A stretch of 64,000 bases of DNA, taken from the NCBI GenBank assembly GCA_963675665.1, contig OY776510.1, positions 3,808,001 through 3,872,000 on the forward strand, written 5' to 3'. This DNA is from Spirochaetia bacterium (lineage in GTDB: Bacteria; Spirochaetota; Spirochaetia; UBA9216). Shown piece by piece: positions 28,865 through 38,747 of this stretch (position 1 is the stretch's first letter; each line of letters opens with the position of its first letter). Position numbers and translations under genes: made by a program. The notes under the pieces are model-generated. The model was not told the DNA's origin, ran no database searches, and saw only the letters and a list, made by a program, of their open reading frames with translations.

Positions 28865-30216
28865 ACCAGAATATCCTTTCTGCCGAGCCGGAATGAAGCC
28901 GCAACCATTGATGTTATTGATAATATGACAAACAAACCGGCACGCCACCAGATCAGACTGTAATCGTCAGCATTAATATCCATATCTATCCATGAAAAAG
29001 GGCTGATTAAACCTATTAATCTGATTGTTCCGGAAAACCCGGCGGCGATTTCGGTTATGGATTTTAGAAAATAAAACAGCAGAACAATCCCTATTGCAAA
29101 TCCCAATACCGATGCTCCCCGCCTGATTAAAAGTGAGATGAACAGGACACAACATCCCACGCTTGTCAAAAGAAGAAAAACATAAAAACAGAAAACCGCA
29201 AGCTTTTCTACATTGTATTTCCTGAAAATTCGATTCTCAAAATCACCGGGCAAGGCAAATACAGAAACAACATCAGACATAGAACCGGTTTCATCGCAGA
29301 ATTGATCAAGCGCAAGTGCAGGCTTTTCATTCAGAAACTGCAGAAATATATCCGGAGAATTATAAAAACTATCCTTCGTTTTATAATATTCAATTCGTTC
29401 ATTTTCGACGTTGTGCAGAAATTCGTCGCGCTGGTCCGAACCCATTGAAAACATGGACATATATTCTTCCGGGTTTTCAAGCACAGATTCAAAAAACAAT
29501 TCAGGGCTGTTCCCCACCCTTTCAAGAAGGATATTCATATCTTCAATATCCAGGTCCATCTGTTCCATCTCTGTAGTATTACTCTGAAGAAGTGAAGCAG
29601 CATAAGACAGTGAATATTCTTTAAAACTTTCGTTATCAAGGTTGAAAACCTCATAAATTTCATCAGGTTTCTTTTCGATCTGCGCTATCAACAGTTCTTT
29701 ATCTTTATTTGAAATATCAAGCTGACGGAATGCATCTTTCTTGACTACTTCCATTGAAATCCAGCTGGTGAAAAAGAACACCATGCTCATGGCCGCTATG
29801 TATGTTAACAGAACTGCCGATTTACTGATAAATATATTCAGTCTTGAAACCGGTTTAGTGAATAAAAATTCTGCCGTTCTGTCAGCTTCTTCCCGGGCAA
29901 GCAGGTTTCCCGCAAGAACTGCTGCAAATATGCATCCCAAGAGAATATTATAGATGGAGTTATATGTTACGTAGAATCCCATCAGATTTCCCAGATTTGA
30001 AAGATCTGCACCAAATACCGCAAGCACACTCTTCATCATCGTACTTTCAAAAATCGGTTCTATAGTGTCAAGCAAATTACCAGCATTGATTGCAGGATAG
30101 AACATCATTCCCAAAAAAAGAATTCCGCAGATTGCTGCTGCCCAGATTAAAAACACACGGAAATTCCGCAGCATTTCCATTCTGTAAATATTAAAACTGA
30201 AAATAGTATTAACCAT
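28861..30216 (-). CDS. ABC-2 type permease with large internal soluble insertion
   Basis: LAREEADRTAEFLFTKPVSR, ISPFSW, RKDILV. Start probably ATG 30216. Confidence 0.82.
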   Translation of the reverse strand: MVNTIFSFNIYRMEMLRNFRVFLIWAAAICGILFLGMMFYPAINAGNLLDTIEPIFESTMMKSVLAVFGADLSNLGNLMGFYVTYNSIYNILLGCIFAAVLAGNLLAREEADRTAEFLFTKPVSRLNIFISKSAVLLTYIAAMSMVFFFTSWISMEVVKKDAFRQLDISNKDKELLIAQIEKKPDEIYEVFNLDNESFKEYSLSYAASLLQSNTTEMEQMDLDIEDMNILLERVGNSPELFFESVLENPEEYMSMFSMGSDQRDEFLHNVENERIEYYKTKDSFYNSPDIFLQFLNEKPALALDQFCDETGSMSDVVSVFALPGDFENRIFRKYNVEKLAVFCFYVFLLLTSVGCCVLFISLLIRRGASVLGFAIGIVLLFYFLKSITEIAAGFSGTIRLIGLISPFSWIDMDINADDYSLIWWRAGLFVILSITSMVAASFRLGRKDILV

Positions 30217-31141
30217 CTGACTGTCCCGCTTTCTGAATATGATCCGGCTCGCTGTAATAATGCATAAATATTTCCTCAAGACTTGGGTCTTCAATTACAA
30301 TATCCTCTATTTGAAAAGACGATAAAAGCTGTAGCAGTTCATCTGCCTTTCCCGAATGAAGACCTTCCACGCTTCTTTCTGTTATTTTAAGTTCGGAAAC
30401 ATTTCTAAATGCAGATTTATCCGGGGTTTGGCCTTCAGCCAGAATCAGCCGAAAACGCTTCAGATACATTTTTCTGAGCTCATCAAGACCGCTTATATTA
30501 ACAATCCGTCCGTCCCTGATAATTGCAACCCTTCTGCACAATCTTTCAACTTCCGAAAGGGTATGTGATGAGAAAAATATGGTACACCCGCGTGACTGCT
30601 CCTCACGCAGGATTTCATAAAACCTCGACTGAATCAGCGGGTCAAGCCCGCTTGTAGGCTCATCCAGAATCAATAATTCAGGTTTATGCAGCAAAGCCTG
30701 TACAAGGGCCACCTTCTTTTTATTTCCAAGCGACAGATCGTTTATTTTTCTTTTCTGCTCCAGTTTCAGACGTTCGCAATAAAGATTAATCCTCTCTTTT
30801 GCGCCGTTTTTATAGAACCCGGCAGAATACTCAAGCATCTGTTTTACGCTCAACCCATCGTAATAATTCAGGTCGGACGGGACAAAACCGATTTTACTTC
30901 GGACATCCGCAGAGTTTTTCATGACTTCCGTTCCAAACATTTTAACGGTTCCGGAATTCTGATGTAAAAGCCCCATAATCGTTCTGATTGTTGTTGATTT
31001 GCCTGCACCGTTCGGACCTATAAACCCGAAGATTTCCCCCTTCTCTACTTTTATGCATATATCTTCGATTCCCCGGGATTTACCGTAGCTTTTTGTCAAT
31101 CCATGTGTTTCAAGTACAATATCCCTGTCATTATTATTCAT
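30209..31141 (-). CDS. ABC exporter ATP-binding protein
   Basis: GPNGAGKST, LSLGNKKK, LDEPTSGLD, SSH. Confidence 0.93.
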   Translation of the reverse strand: MNNNDRDIVLETHGLTKSYGKSRGIEDICIKVEKGEIFGFIGPNGAGKSTTIRTIMGLLHQNSGTVKMFGTEVMKNSADVRSKIGFVPSDLNYYDGLSVKQMLEYSAGFYKNGAKERINLYCERLKLEQKRKINDLSLGNKKKVALVQALLHKPELLILDEPTSGLDPLIQSRFYEILREEQSRGCTIFFSSHTLSEVERLCRRVAIIRDGRIVNISGLDELRKMYLKRFRLILAEGQTPDKSAFRNVSELKITERSVEGLHSGKADELLQLLSSFQIEDIVIEDPSLEEIFMHYYSEPDHIQKAGQSDG

Positions 31142-31151
31142 GCCGTATTCC

Positions 31152-31754
31152 CTATTTTTTTATCATTTTCTCAATAACTGCATCCAGCAGAAAATCAATC
31201 ACATCCATAAATCTCTCACTTCCTACATCTTCCCTATGCATAAAAACCATAAAAACCGCTCTCAGAACCCCGGTTATAAGTTCAGTGTCATCGACTTTCA
31301 GCTTCCCGTTCCGTCTCCAGATTCCGGTCAGTTGTGATGCAAAATCTATATCAGTTTGAAAGGCAGCTTCTACCTGCTGCGGGCTTAATCTCCGTCTCAG
31401 ATAGTCATACTCATTTTTTGCAAGCAGCCTCTGAAAGAAAAAATCGTTTTCAACGGTTTTGATTATTTCTTTCAATACTTCTTTCATTTTTTGCCGGTCG
31501 TCTCCGGAATCTTTGTTCAGCAGTTCAAATATCCTGTTCTGTATTTCCTTTTCGTACTGCCCCAGTATTGAAAAATACAGATCTTCTTTGGATTGAAAAA
31601 ACATGTAGAAAGCGCCTTTTGAAATACCCGCTGATTTTGCAAGCTCATCAACACTTGTTTTCTTTATTCCGAATCGCCCAAACGCATCCTTTCCCGCAGA
31701 TATCAAAGACAACTCGATATTTTTCTTTTCCTGGTCTGTAAATCCCTTCGGCAT
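31152..31754 (-). CDS. TetR/AcrR family regulator
   Basis: GIKKTSVDELAKSAGISKGAFYMFFQSKEDL HTH. Confidence 0.93.
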   Translation of the reverse strand: MPKGFTDQEKKNIELSLISAGKDAFGRFGIKKTSVDELAKSAGISKGAFYMFFQSKEDLYFSILGQYEKEIQNRIFELLNKDSGDDRQKMKEVLKEIIKTVENDFFFQRLLAKNEYDYLRRRLSPQQVEAAFQTDIDFASQLTGIWRRNGKLKVDDTELITGVLRAVFMVFMHREDVGSERFMDVIDFLLDAVIEKMIKK

Positions 31755-31776
31755 TTTATTATCCTGTAAATAAATT

Positions 31777-31810
31777 CTATATGACTATATTTTCATATTT
31801 AGTCATATAG
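31777..31810. promoter_or_regulatory. Probable TetR operator
   Basis: CTATATGACTA-N12-TAGTCATATAG, just upstream of the tetR start. Confidence 0.65.
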
Positions 31811-31899
31811 TATCCATTATGCCATGCTTTGTCAATAAAGACTTTTCTTTTAGTGTTATTTTCATTATTATCTATTTATATTTCGGCAATGGAGTTTTT

Positions 31900-32613
31900 T
31901 TGAAAGATCCGCTTGAAATTCTTTGCATAGCAGATCATGTTGATCCTCTGATTTATTCCAAATCTCTAAAAGACAGGTTCGGCAGAGTTGATGCGGTACT
32001 GTCCTGCGGCGATTTGAAGCGCAACTATTATGAGTTTATTGTTACAAATCTCAATGTTCCATTTTTATATGTTTTGGGAAATCACAGCCCTTTTTCAATA
32101 GAAAAACCTGCACCTCTGTGCTGCAATTCCGAAAATACCGGTTACCCTGATTATGAAAAATGCGGAACACTTTTTAACGGCGGAACACTTGTCGACGGCA
32201 GATCCGTATATCTTAAAAAACTCGACCTTATTGTCGCCGGATTCGGCGGATCTGTCAGGTATAATCGCGGAGACAACCAATATACTGAAAACGAAATGCT
32301 GTTCAGAATATTGAAACTTATACCGCGGCTTATTTTGAATAAAATAATTCACGGCAGGTATCTCGACATTTTTATAACGCACGCCCCGCCCAGACATGTG
32401 AATGATCGCGAAGATCCATGCCACCGGGGATTCAGAGTCTTCCGCTGGTTTATCAGGAATTTCAAACCGAAGTGCATGATTCACGGGCATATTCACCTTT
32501 ACAGTTATGATACATCAAGAGAAACAGAATATTCGGATGTTCCGGTTATTAATGCTTACGATCATTATATTCTTAAACTGCCGAAAGAGAGAAACTTTGA
32601 TGAAGGAAAATAA
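31900..32613 (+). CDS. Calcineurin-like metallophosphoesterase
   Basis: IADH, CGDL, GNH, THAPP, HGHIH. Start probably TTG 31900. Confidence 0.87.
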   Translation: MKDPLEILCIADHVDPLIYSKSLKDRFGRVDAVLSCGDLKRNYYEFIVTNLNVPFLYVLGNHSPFSIEKPAPLCCNSENTGYPDYEKCGTLFNGGTLVDGRSVYLKKLDLIVAGFGGSVRYNRGDNQYTENEMLFRILKLIPRLILNKIIHGRYLDIFITHAPPRHVNDREDPCHRGFRVFRWFIRNFKPKCMIHGHIHLYSYDTSRETEYSDVPVINAYDHYILKLPKERNFDEGK

Positions 32614-33469
32614 TTTTCAGGAATCCGACTATCATTTCAATAAAGCCAGGATGCGCGAATTCAGGGAAAGCATATTCTCGATTCTGCGTCCGGAAAAAAA
32701 AGAGCTGCTTTCATTTTATGATATTAAAAAATTAATCAAACCCAAAGCCGAATTTTACAAAGGAGTAAAAACTATTCCCCTGGATAAAATCGTCGGAAGC
32801 GAAGGCCGTTATAATGATTTCAACAGGGCCTTTCTGCCCAAACGGGAACACCTCAGAACCCGCTGGCGTGCGATTAATATTGCAGCGCTTGAAGATGTTA
32901 ATCTGCCGCCGATAAAAGTTTTTAAAATTGGCGATACTTTTTTTGTACGTGACGGAAACCACCGGGTATCGGTTGCCAGACAGCGCGGACAAATTGATAT
33001 TGATGCCGAAATAACAGAAATTACTTCTGAGATAGAAATGTCGCCGGATATTACAGTTTCCGAATTGCGGAAAAAGGTTATTGCTTATGAGCTGAACCGA
33101 ATACGTGAACGTACCGGTCTGGACAAGTGGATAGACTTTCAGGAAATACAATTTACTTCACCGGGACGTTATGAAGAAATTCTTGGTCATATCATGGGTC
33201 ATCGTGAATACCTGAACCATACATCAATGAAACCGGTAAAGCTTGAACAGGCAGCACACTCATGGTTTTTGACGATTTATCTGCCGATAGTTGATATTAT
33301 TCTGAACGAAGATCTTCTCGACCGTTTCCCGGGCCGGACAAAAGCCGATTTATATGTCTGGGTAATAAAGCACTGGGATGCTCTTGAAAACCGTTATGGT
33401 TCATTCCCGAATATTGCTTCAAAAAAAACGAAAGGAATTTTCAGAAAATTAAAAAACAAGCTACGTTAA
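32600..33469 (+). CDS. ParB/Srx-like domain protein (DUF4032-associated type)
   Basis: IPLDKIVGS, LPPIKVFKIGDTFFVRDGNHRVSVA, FPGRTKADLYVW; overlaps the upstream gene. Confidence 0.75.
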   Translation: MKENNFQESDYHFNKARMREFRESIFSILRPEKKELLSFYDIKKLIKPKAEFYKGVKTIPLDKIVGSEGRYNDFNRAFLPKREHLRTRWRAINIAALEDVNLPPIKVFKIGDTFFVRDGNHRVSVARQRGQIDIDAEITEITSEIEMSPDITVSELRKKVIAYELNRIRERTGLDKWIDFQEIQFTSPGRYEEILGHIMGHREYLNHTSMKPVKLEQAAHSWFLTIYLPIVDIILNEDLLDRFPGRTKADLYVWVIKHWDALENRYGSFPNIASKKTKGIFRKLKNKLR

Positions 33470-33636
33470 AAATCGCCCGCCATTCGCAAGTCATTAAGAT
33501 ATAACAGCATAACAGACGGAAATCCGCTTTATTTTTAATAACTGACATTACCAAACTTTACGGCATTGAATTTATGAGTATATAATTATTGATCCGGATA
33601 ATCCGGTTACAGCATGATTTTTAAAAAGGAACCGAT

Positions 33637-34824
33637 ATGAGCAGAGAACTGTTAAATCACCTTGCAGAAGAAACCGGGCAACTTAAAACCAAAGGTTTGT
33701 TTAAAAACGAACGAATAATAAGTTCGCCCCAGAATGCGGAAATAAAACTTGAAGACGGGAGGAAAGTTTTAAATTTCTGTGCAAATAATTATCTTGGACT
33801 GGCGGATAATCCTGACATAATCGAAAGCGCAAAAAAGGGAATGGCTGATTACGGTTACGGATTGTCGTCAGTTCGTTTTATTTGCGGCACACAGACCATC
33901 CACCGCCGTCTTGAAAGAGAAATCAGCAATTATCTCGGAACTGAAGACACAATACTGTATTCTTCCTGTTTCGATGCAAACGGAGGTCTTTTCGAAACCC
34001 TTTTCGGTGAAGAAGATGCAGTAATATCAGATGCCCTTAACCATGCAAGTATAATAGACGGAATCAGGCTCTGCAGGGCCAAACGCTACAGATACGCAAA
34101 CAACAACATGGATGAACTTGAAAAATGCCTGAAGCAGAGTCGTAATAACCGCTTCCGACTGATCGCTACAGACGGAGTCTTTTCAATGGACGGCACCATT
34201 GCCGATCTCAGGGGAATATGCAGGCTTGCCGAACGCCATGATGCACTTGTCATGGTCGACGATTCGCATGCCGTCGGGTTCATCGGTAATACGGGCGCAG
34301 GCACCCCGGAATACTGCGGTGTTTCCGAACAGGTCGATATAGTTACAGGAACCCTGGGGAAAGCCCTGGGCGGGGCTTCCGGCGGATATACATCCGGAAG
34401 AAAAGAAATTATTGAATGGCTGCGTCAGCGATCACGCCCCTATCTTTTTTCAAACTCCCTTTCTCCCGTTATGGTTTCAGCAGCCCTGAAAACCCTGGAA
34501 ATTGTAAGGGAATCCGACAACCTGCGTTCAATACTGACAAAAAATACAGAAACGTTCAGAAGCGGTTTGAAAGCTGCAGGATTTTCAATCATCGACGGAG
34601 TTCACCCTATTGTCCCGCTCATACTGTTCGACGCACCGCTTGCCGTTAAAATGGCGGATATTCTTCTTGAACGCGGAATATATGCTGTAGGATTCAGTTA
34701 TCCTGTTGTCCCGGTTAACCAGGCCCGGATAAGGTTCCAGATGTCTGCCGCCCACAGCACGGCACAGATTAAACAAGCCGTTAAAACAATAACCGAAACC
34801 GGAAAAGATCTTGGAGTAATCTGA
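33637..34824 (+). CDS. kbl: Glycine C-acetyltransferase (2-amino-3-ketobutyrate CoA ligase)
   Basis: [45 protein letters not shown]. Confidence 0.96.
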   Translation: MSRELLNHLAEETGQLKTKGLFKNERIISSPQNAEIKLEDGRKVLNFCANNYLGLADNPDIIESAKKGMADYGYGLSSVRFICGTQTIHRRLEREISNYLGTEDTILYSSCFDANGGLFETLFGEEDAVISDALNHASIIDGIRLCRAKRYRYANNNMDELEKCLKQSRNNRFRLIATDGVFSMDGTIADLRGICRLAERHDALVMVDDSHAVGFIGNTGAGTPEYCGVSEQVDIVTGTLGKALGGASGGYTSGRKEIIEWLRQRSRPYLFSNSLSPVMVSAALKTLEIVRESDNLRSILTKNTETFRSGLKAAGFSIIDGVHPIVPLILFDAPLAVKMADILLERGIYAVGFSYPVVPVNQARIRFQMSAAHSTAQIKQAVKTITETGKDLGVI

Positions 34825-35864
34825 TGGATAACAACAGGATGAAAGCACTCGCAAAAACCAGGCCTGAACCCGGTCTATGGATGATTGACGCTCCGATACC
34901 CGAATGCGGACCGAACGATCTGCTGATAAAAATTCGTGTCACTGCAATCTGCGGCACGGATGTTCATATATACAACTGGAACGAATGGGCGCAGAAGACA
35001 ATTCCTGTCCCGATGATTACCGGCCACGAATTTGCCGGAGTTGTCGAACAAGTCGGCAGTGAGGTGGACGGTTTCACTGTCGGAGACAGAGTCACCGGCG
35101 AAGGGCACCTTACATGCGGTCACTGCCGCAACTGCCGTGCCGGTAAGCGTCATCTATGCCACTATTCAAGCGGTATAGGAGTAAACCGGACAGGCTGTTT
35201 CGCCGAATACCTTGTGCTGCCTGCCTACAACGCCTTCAAGCTGGACGACTATATTCCGGATGACATTGCCGCAGTTTTTGACCCACTTGGGAATGCCGTT
35301 CATACAGCTCTGTCTTTCGATCTTGTAGGCGAAGATGTTCTGATAACCGGGGCCGGACCGATAGGAATAATGGCTGCCGCAGTTGCACGCCATGCCGGCG
35401 CACGTTATGTGATAATCACCGATTTAAATGAATACCGCCTTGAACTTGCACGCGCTTTCGGCGTTACAAGAGCTGTAAATGCCAATCGCGAGAAACTATC
35501 AGACGTTATGAGCGAACTTCATATGCTTGAAGGCTTCGATGTCGGACTTGAAATGTCCGGCAGTCCTGCAGCTCAGAAACAGATGTTTTCGCTTATGAAT
35601 AACGGCGGACGCGTTTCGCTTCTGGGAATACCTGAAGGAATATGCGAGATTAACTGGAACGAGATTATCTTCAAAGGTCTAACTCTCAAGGGTATCTACG
35701 GCCGGGAAATGTTTGAAACCTGGTACAAAATGGCGGCGATGGTAAGAACAGGTCTGAATATCAGACCGATAATCACACATAAAATGCCGGTAGAACACTT
35801 TCTTGAAGGTTTTGAAATCATGCGATCCGGCAAATCCGGCAAAGTACTTCTGCTATGGGAATAA
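34824..35864 (+). CDS. tdh: L-threonine 3-dehydrogenase
   Basis: [20 protein letters not shown]...[15 protein letters not shown]; coupled to kbl. Confidence 0.96.
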   Translation: MDNNRMKALAKTRPEPGLWMIDAPIPECGPNDLLIKIRVTAICGTDVHIYNWNEWAQKTIPVPMITGHEFAGVVEQVGSEVDGFTVGDRVTGEGHLTCGHCRNCRAGKRHLCHYSSGIGVNRTGCFAEYLVLPAYNAFKLDDYIPDDIAAVFDPLGNAVHTALSFDLVGEDVLITGAGPIGIMAAAVARHAGARYVIITDLNEYRLELARAFGVTRAVNANREKLSDVMSELHMLEGFDVGLEMSGSPAAQKQMFSLMNNGGRVSLLGIPEGICEINWNEIIFKGLTLKGIYGREMFETWYKMAAMVRTGLNIRPIITHKMPVEHFLEGFEIMRSGKSGKVLLLWE

Positions 35865-35896
35865 TCCTTATATTTCCGATTAAAATCCAATAAAAA

Positions 35897-35949
35897 TAAA
35901 TTACTTTTTTTATATATCCGATAAAGTTTAAGTTCGCTAAGGACGATAT
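35897..35949 (+). promoter_or_regulatory. Tandem sigma28-like promoters upstream of flagellin
   Basis: TAAA-N16-TCCGATAA (35897-35924) and TAAA-N16-GACGATAT (35922-35949). Confidence 0.55.
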
Positions 35950-36086
35950 AAGAAATAAGGGTAAAACCCGGAGATTTCTAAATAAATCAACCGGATCTTC
36001 CCCTCTGGTATTATTATCGGGAAAAAATTACGCCTGCTTAGTAATATCTGAAAAATTTTTGTTAATAGCTCTGCGTATGCAGGGTC

Positions 36087-36120
36087 GGGCATGGATGCCC
36101 TTATATATTTCCACGGAGGA
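36087..36120 (+). promoter_or_regulatory. CsrA-binding sites in the first flaB leader
   Basis: GGGCA-TGGA-TGCCC hairpin plus ACGGA in the SD. Confidence 0.75.
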
Positions 36121-36124
36121 AAAC

Positions 36125-36985
36125 ATGATTATTAATCACAATGTAAGTGCCATGTTTGCTAACAGACAACTTGGTCACACCAACAAACTGGTCGGAAAGG
36201 ACATGGAAAAACTGTCATCCGGACTCAGAATCAACAGAGCCGGTGATGATGCATCAGGACTTGCTGTATCCGAAAAGATGCGCTCACAGATCAGAGGTTT
36301 AAAACAGGCTTCGGACAATGCAGAAAACGCTATATCCTTTATCCAGGCTACAGAAGGTTATCTCGGAAACACCCAGAGTATTCTTCAGAGAATGAGAGAA
36401 CTTTCAGTTCAGTCTGCAAACGGTATATACAGCGAAGAAGACAGAATGCAGATTCAGGTCGAAATTTCACAGCTCGTAGATGAAGTTGACCGAATTGCGT
36501 CTCACGCACAGTTCAACGGTATGAACATGCTGACCGGCCGTTTTGCTGCCGAAACCGGCGAAAACACAGTTACTGCATCAATGTGGTTTCATATCGGAGC
36601 AAACATCGATCAGAGAGAACGTGTTTATATCGGAACAATGACTTCAACAGCTCTCGGTGTCAGGGAAATCGGAAGTGAGCAGATTCTGTCGCTCGAAACC
36701 CCGGAAAGTTCCAACATGGCTATCGGTGTTATCGACAGTGCTCTCAGAACTGTCAACAAACAGAGAGCAGATCTTGGCGCCTATCAGAACAGACTTGATC
36801 ATGCTGTTCAGGGTCTCGATGTCGGTGCTGAAAATCTTCAGGCTGCTGAATCCAGGATCAGGGACGCTGATATGGCAGAGCAGATGGTTAATTACACAAA
36901 GAACCAGATTCTTGTACAGGCTGGAACAGCAATGCTTGCCCAGGCAAACATGAAAACACAATCTGTATTGCAATTGCTTGGATAA
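36125..36985 (+). CDS. flaB: Periplasmic flagellar core flagellin FlaB
   Basis: [41 protein letters not shown]; start at ATG 36125 after the SD. Confidence 0.97.
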   Translation: MIINHNVSAMFANRQLGHTNKLVGKDMEKLSSGLRINRAGDDASGLAVSEKMRSQIRGLKQASDNAENAISFIQATEGYLGNTQSILQRMRELSVQSANGIYSEEDRMQIQVEISQLVDEVDRIASHAQFNGMNMLTGRFAAETGENTVTASMWFHIGANIDQRERVYIGTMTSTALGVREIGSEQILSLETPESSNMAIGVIDSALRTVNKQRADLGAYQNRLDHAVQGLDVGAENLQAAESRIRDADMAEQMVNYTKNQILVQAGTAMLAQANMKTQSVLQLLG

Positions 36986-37042
36986 GGGACTATAATCTTA
37001 GGAGAATAGTACCAATATACTTGGTTGCAAGTTCTTTGAAAA
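36968..37042 (+). promoter_or_regulatory. Sigma70 promoter and boxA-like element for the second flaB
   Basis: TTGCAA-N17-TATAAT (36968-36996); GTTCTTTGAAAA at 37031-37042. Confidence 0.55.
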
Positions 37043-37199
37043 ACACCCTCTAGGCATGGTAGAGTGAGGAGATCTTTCGATTTCTGTAAAGGAATCGGAA
37101 TTTCTCCTTGTTGTGCAGGAGACAGGCGGAGTATTTATCCGTTAAGGAGCGGAGGAAGCGCGAGAATCTTCCGGTTTTCTGTACTGCTATGCAAAAAAT

Positions 37200-37236
37200 G
37201 AAGGCAAGGGATGCCTTCTTAACCTATCAAGGAGGG
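37200..37236 (+). promoter_or_regulatory. CsrA-binding sites in the second flaB leader
   Basis: GAAGGCA-AGGGA-TGCCTTC hairpin plus AAGGA in the SD. Confidence 0.72.
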
Positions 37237-37240
37237 TTAT

Positions 37241-38092
37241 ATGATAATTAATCACAACTTGAGTGCTGAATACGCCAACAGACAATTAGGCGTTAAATCA
37301 TCAGACATGAGCGGCAATCTTGAGAAGCTTAGTTCCGGTATGAGGATCAACAAGGGCGGTGATGACGCTTCCGGTCTGGCAGTATCTGAGAAACTCAGAA
37401 GCCAGATTAGAGGTCTTAATCAGGCTGAAAGAAATATTGAAAACGGTGTTTCTTTTATCCAGACCACCGAAGGGTTCCTTCAGAATACCCAGGACATTCT
37501 TCACAGGCTCCGGGAATTGTCTGTACAATCAGCTAACGGTATCTACACTGAAGAAGACAGAATGCAGATTCAGGTAGAAGTATCGCAGCTTGTTGATGAG
37601 ATTAATAGAATTGCTTCTCATGCCCAGTTTAACGGCATGAACATGTTAACAGGTGCTTTTGCTACAGATTCAGCAACCGGACAGATTATGCAGTTCCAGG
37701 TTGGTGCCAATATGGACCAGAATGAAAGAATTTATGTTGGAACTATGACCGCAGCCGCTCTAGGAATTGAAAATATCCAGGGTGGAGAAGGAACTATCTC
37801 AATCGAAACCCCTGAAGACGCAAATATGGCAATTGGTCTTGTTGACAGCGCACTCAAACAGGTTTCCAAGCAGAGAGCCGATCTTGGTGCTTACCAGAAC
37901 CGGTTCGATACAGCTTCCAAAGGTGTTGCAATTGCAGCAGAAAACCTTCAGGCAGCTGAATCTTCAATCAGAGACGTTGACATGGCAGCCGAGATGTCTG
38001 AATACGTTAAGAACCAGATACTTACACAGTCAAGTACTGCAGTTCTTGCTCAGGCGAACACTCAGCCGCAGTCTATTTTACAGCTTCTTTGA
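37241..38092 (+). CDS. flaB: Periplasmic flagellar core flagellin FlaB (paralog)
   Basis: [26 protein letters not shown]. Confidence 0.97.
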   Translation: MIINHNLSAEYANRQLGVKSSDMSGNLEKLSSGMRINKGGDDASGLAVSEKLRSQIRGLNQAERNIENGVSFIQTTEGFLQNTQDILHRLRELSVQSANGIYTEEDRMQIQVEVSQLVDEINRIASHAQFNGMNMLTGAFATDSATGQIMQFQVGANMDQNERIYVGTMTAAALGIENIQGGEGTISIETPEDANMAIGLVDSALKQVSKQRADLGAYQNRFDTASKGVAIAAENLQAAESSIRDVDMAAEMSEYVKNQILTQSSTAVLAQANTQPQSILQLL

Positions 38093-38138
38093 TTCAAACT
38101 TTGTAAAAAGATTTCTGGACGTTATCTTTTTACGTTTC

Positions 38139-38168
38139 GGGAGGGGCTCGCGCCCCCTTCCCTCTTTT
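38139..38168 (+). terminator. Intrinsic terminator after the second flaB
   Basis: GGGAGGGG...CCCCTTCCC followed by TCTTTT. Confidence 0.75.
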
Positions 38169-38287
38169 AATTACGTTGATTGTCATGTAAACAATCGGCG
38201 TTTCAGCGTTGATAGGTTCGCTGGCATTGCATTGCAATGCAAATGTATACCGGTTTATCCGGTCTGCATCAACCAGGGAGTGGTGAT

Positions 38288-38716
38288 ATGGAAATTGATT
38301 TAATGACTATAAATTCAACTTCTGTGCCAGTAAAAGCGCCGGCCAAAAAACAAACTGACGCTTCTTCTACTTCGAATGAGACATCCAAAGTTAAGGCCCG
38401 AACCGAAGAGACCGTAAAACAGCAGCAGGAGATGAAAGAAACTGCTATAAAACAGCTTGAAGTGGAACTTCAGAAAACGGAAGAACAACGGCAGAGAATT
38501 GACGCAGAAAAATATCTCAAGGAAATAATTAAAATAACAGAGACCTTTAACAGAAAGCTCAAATACAGTATAGATAAGGATTTAGGCCAGGTAATCGTAA
38601 AGGTCGTTGACGCGGAAACCGATAATGTTATAAAGGAGCTCCCTCCGGAAGAGCTGAAAAGGCTGTATGCCAAAATGAAAGAAGCTATTGGATCGATTAT
38701 AGATACCATTATCTGA
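38288..38716 (+). CDS. flaG: Flagellar protein FlaG
   Basis: LKYSID...VIVKVVDAETDNVIKELPPEE; lies between flaB and fliD. Confidence 0.9.
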   Translation: MEIDLMTINSTSVPVKAPAKKQTDASSTSNETSKVKARTEETVKQQQEMKETAIKQLEVELQKTEEQRQRIDAEKYLKEIIKITETFNRKLKYSIDKDLGQVIVKVVDAETDNVIKELPPEELKRLYAKMKEAIGSIIDTII

Positions 38717-38747
38717 AAAACCGCTCGGAGGGACAGGTTAGCAGCTG

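Noticed and set aside
36125-38092. Near-identical stretches suggesting repeats or misassembly
   Set aside because: Explained by two diverged flaB paralogs.
38222-38236. TGGCATTGCATTGCA as a sigma54 promoter for flaG
   Set aside because: GG and GC are 9 nt apart; sigma54 requires 10.
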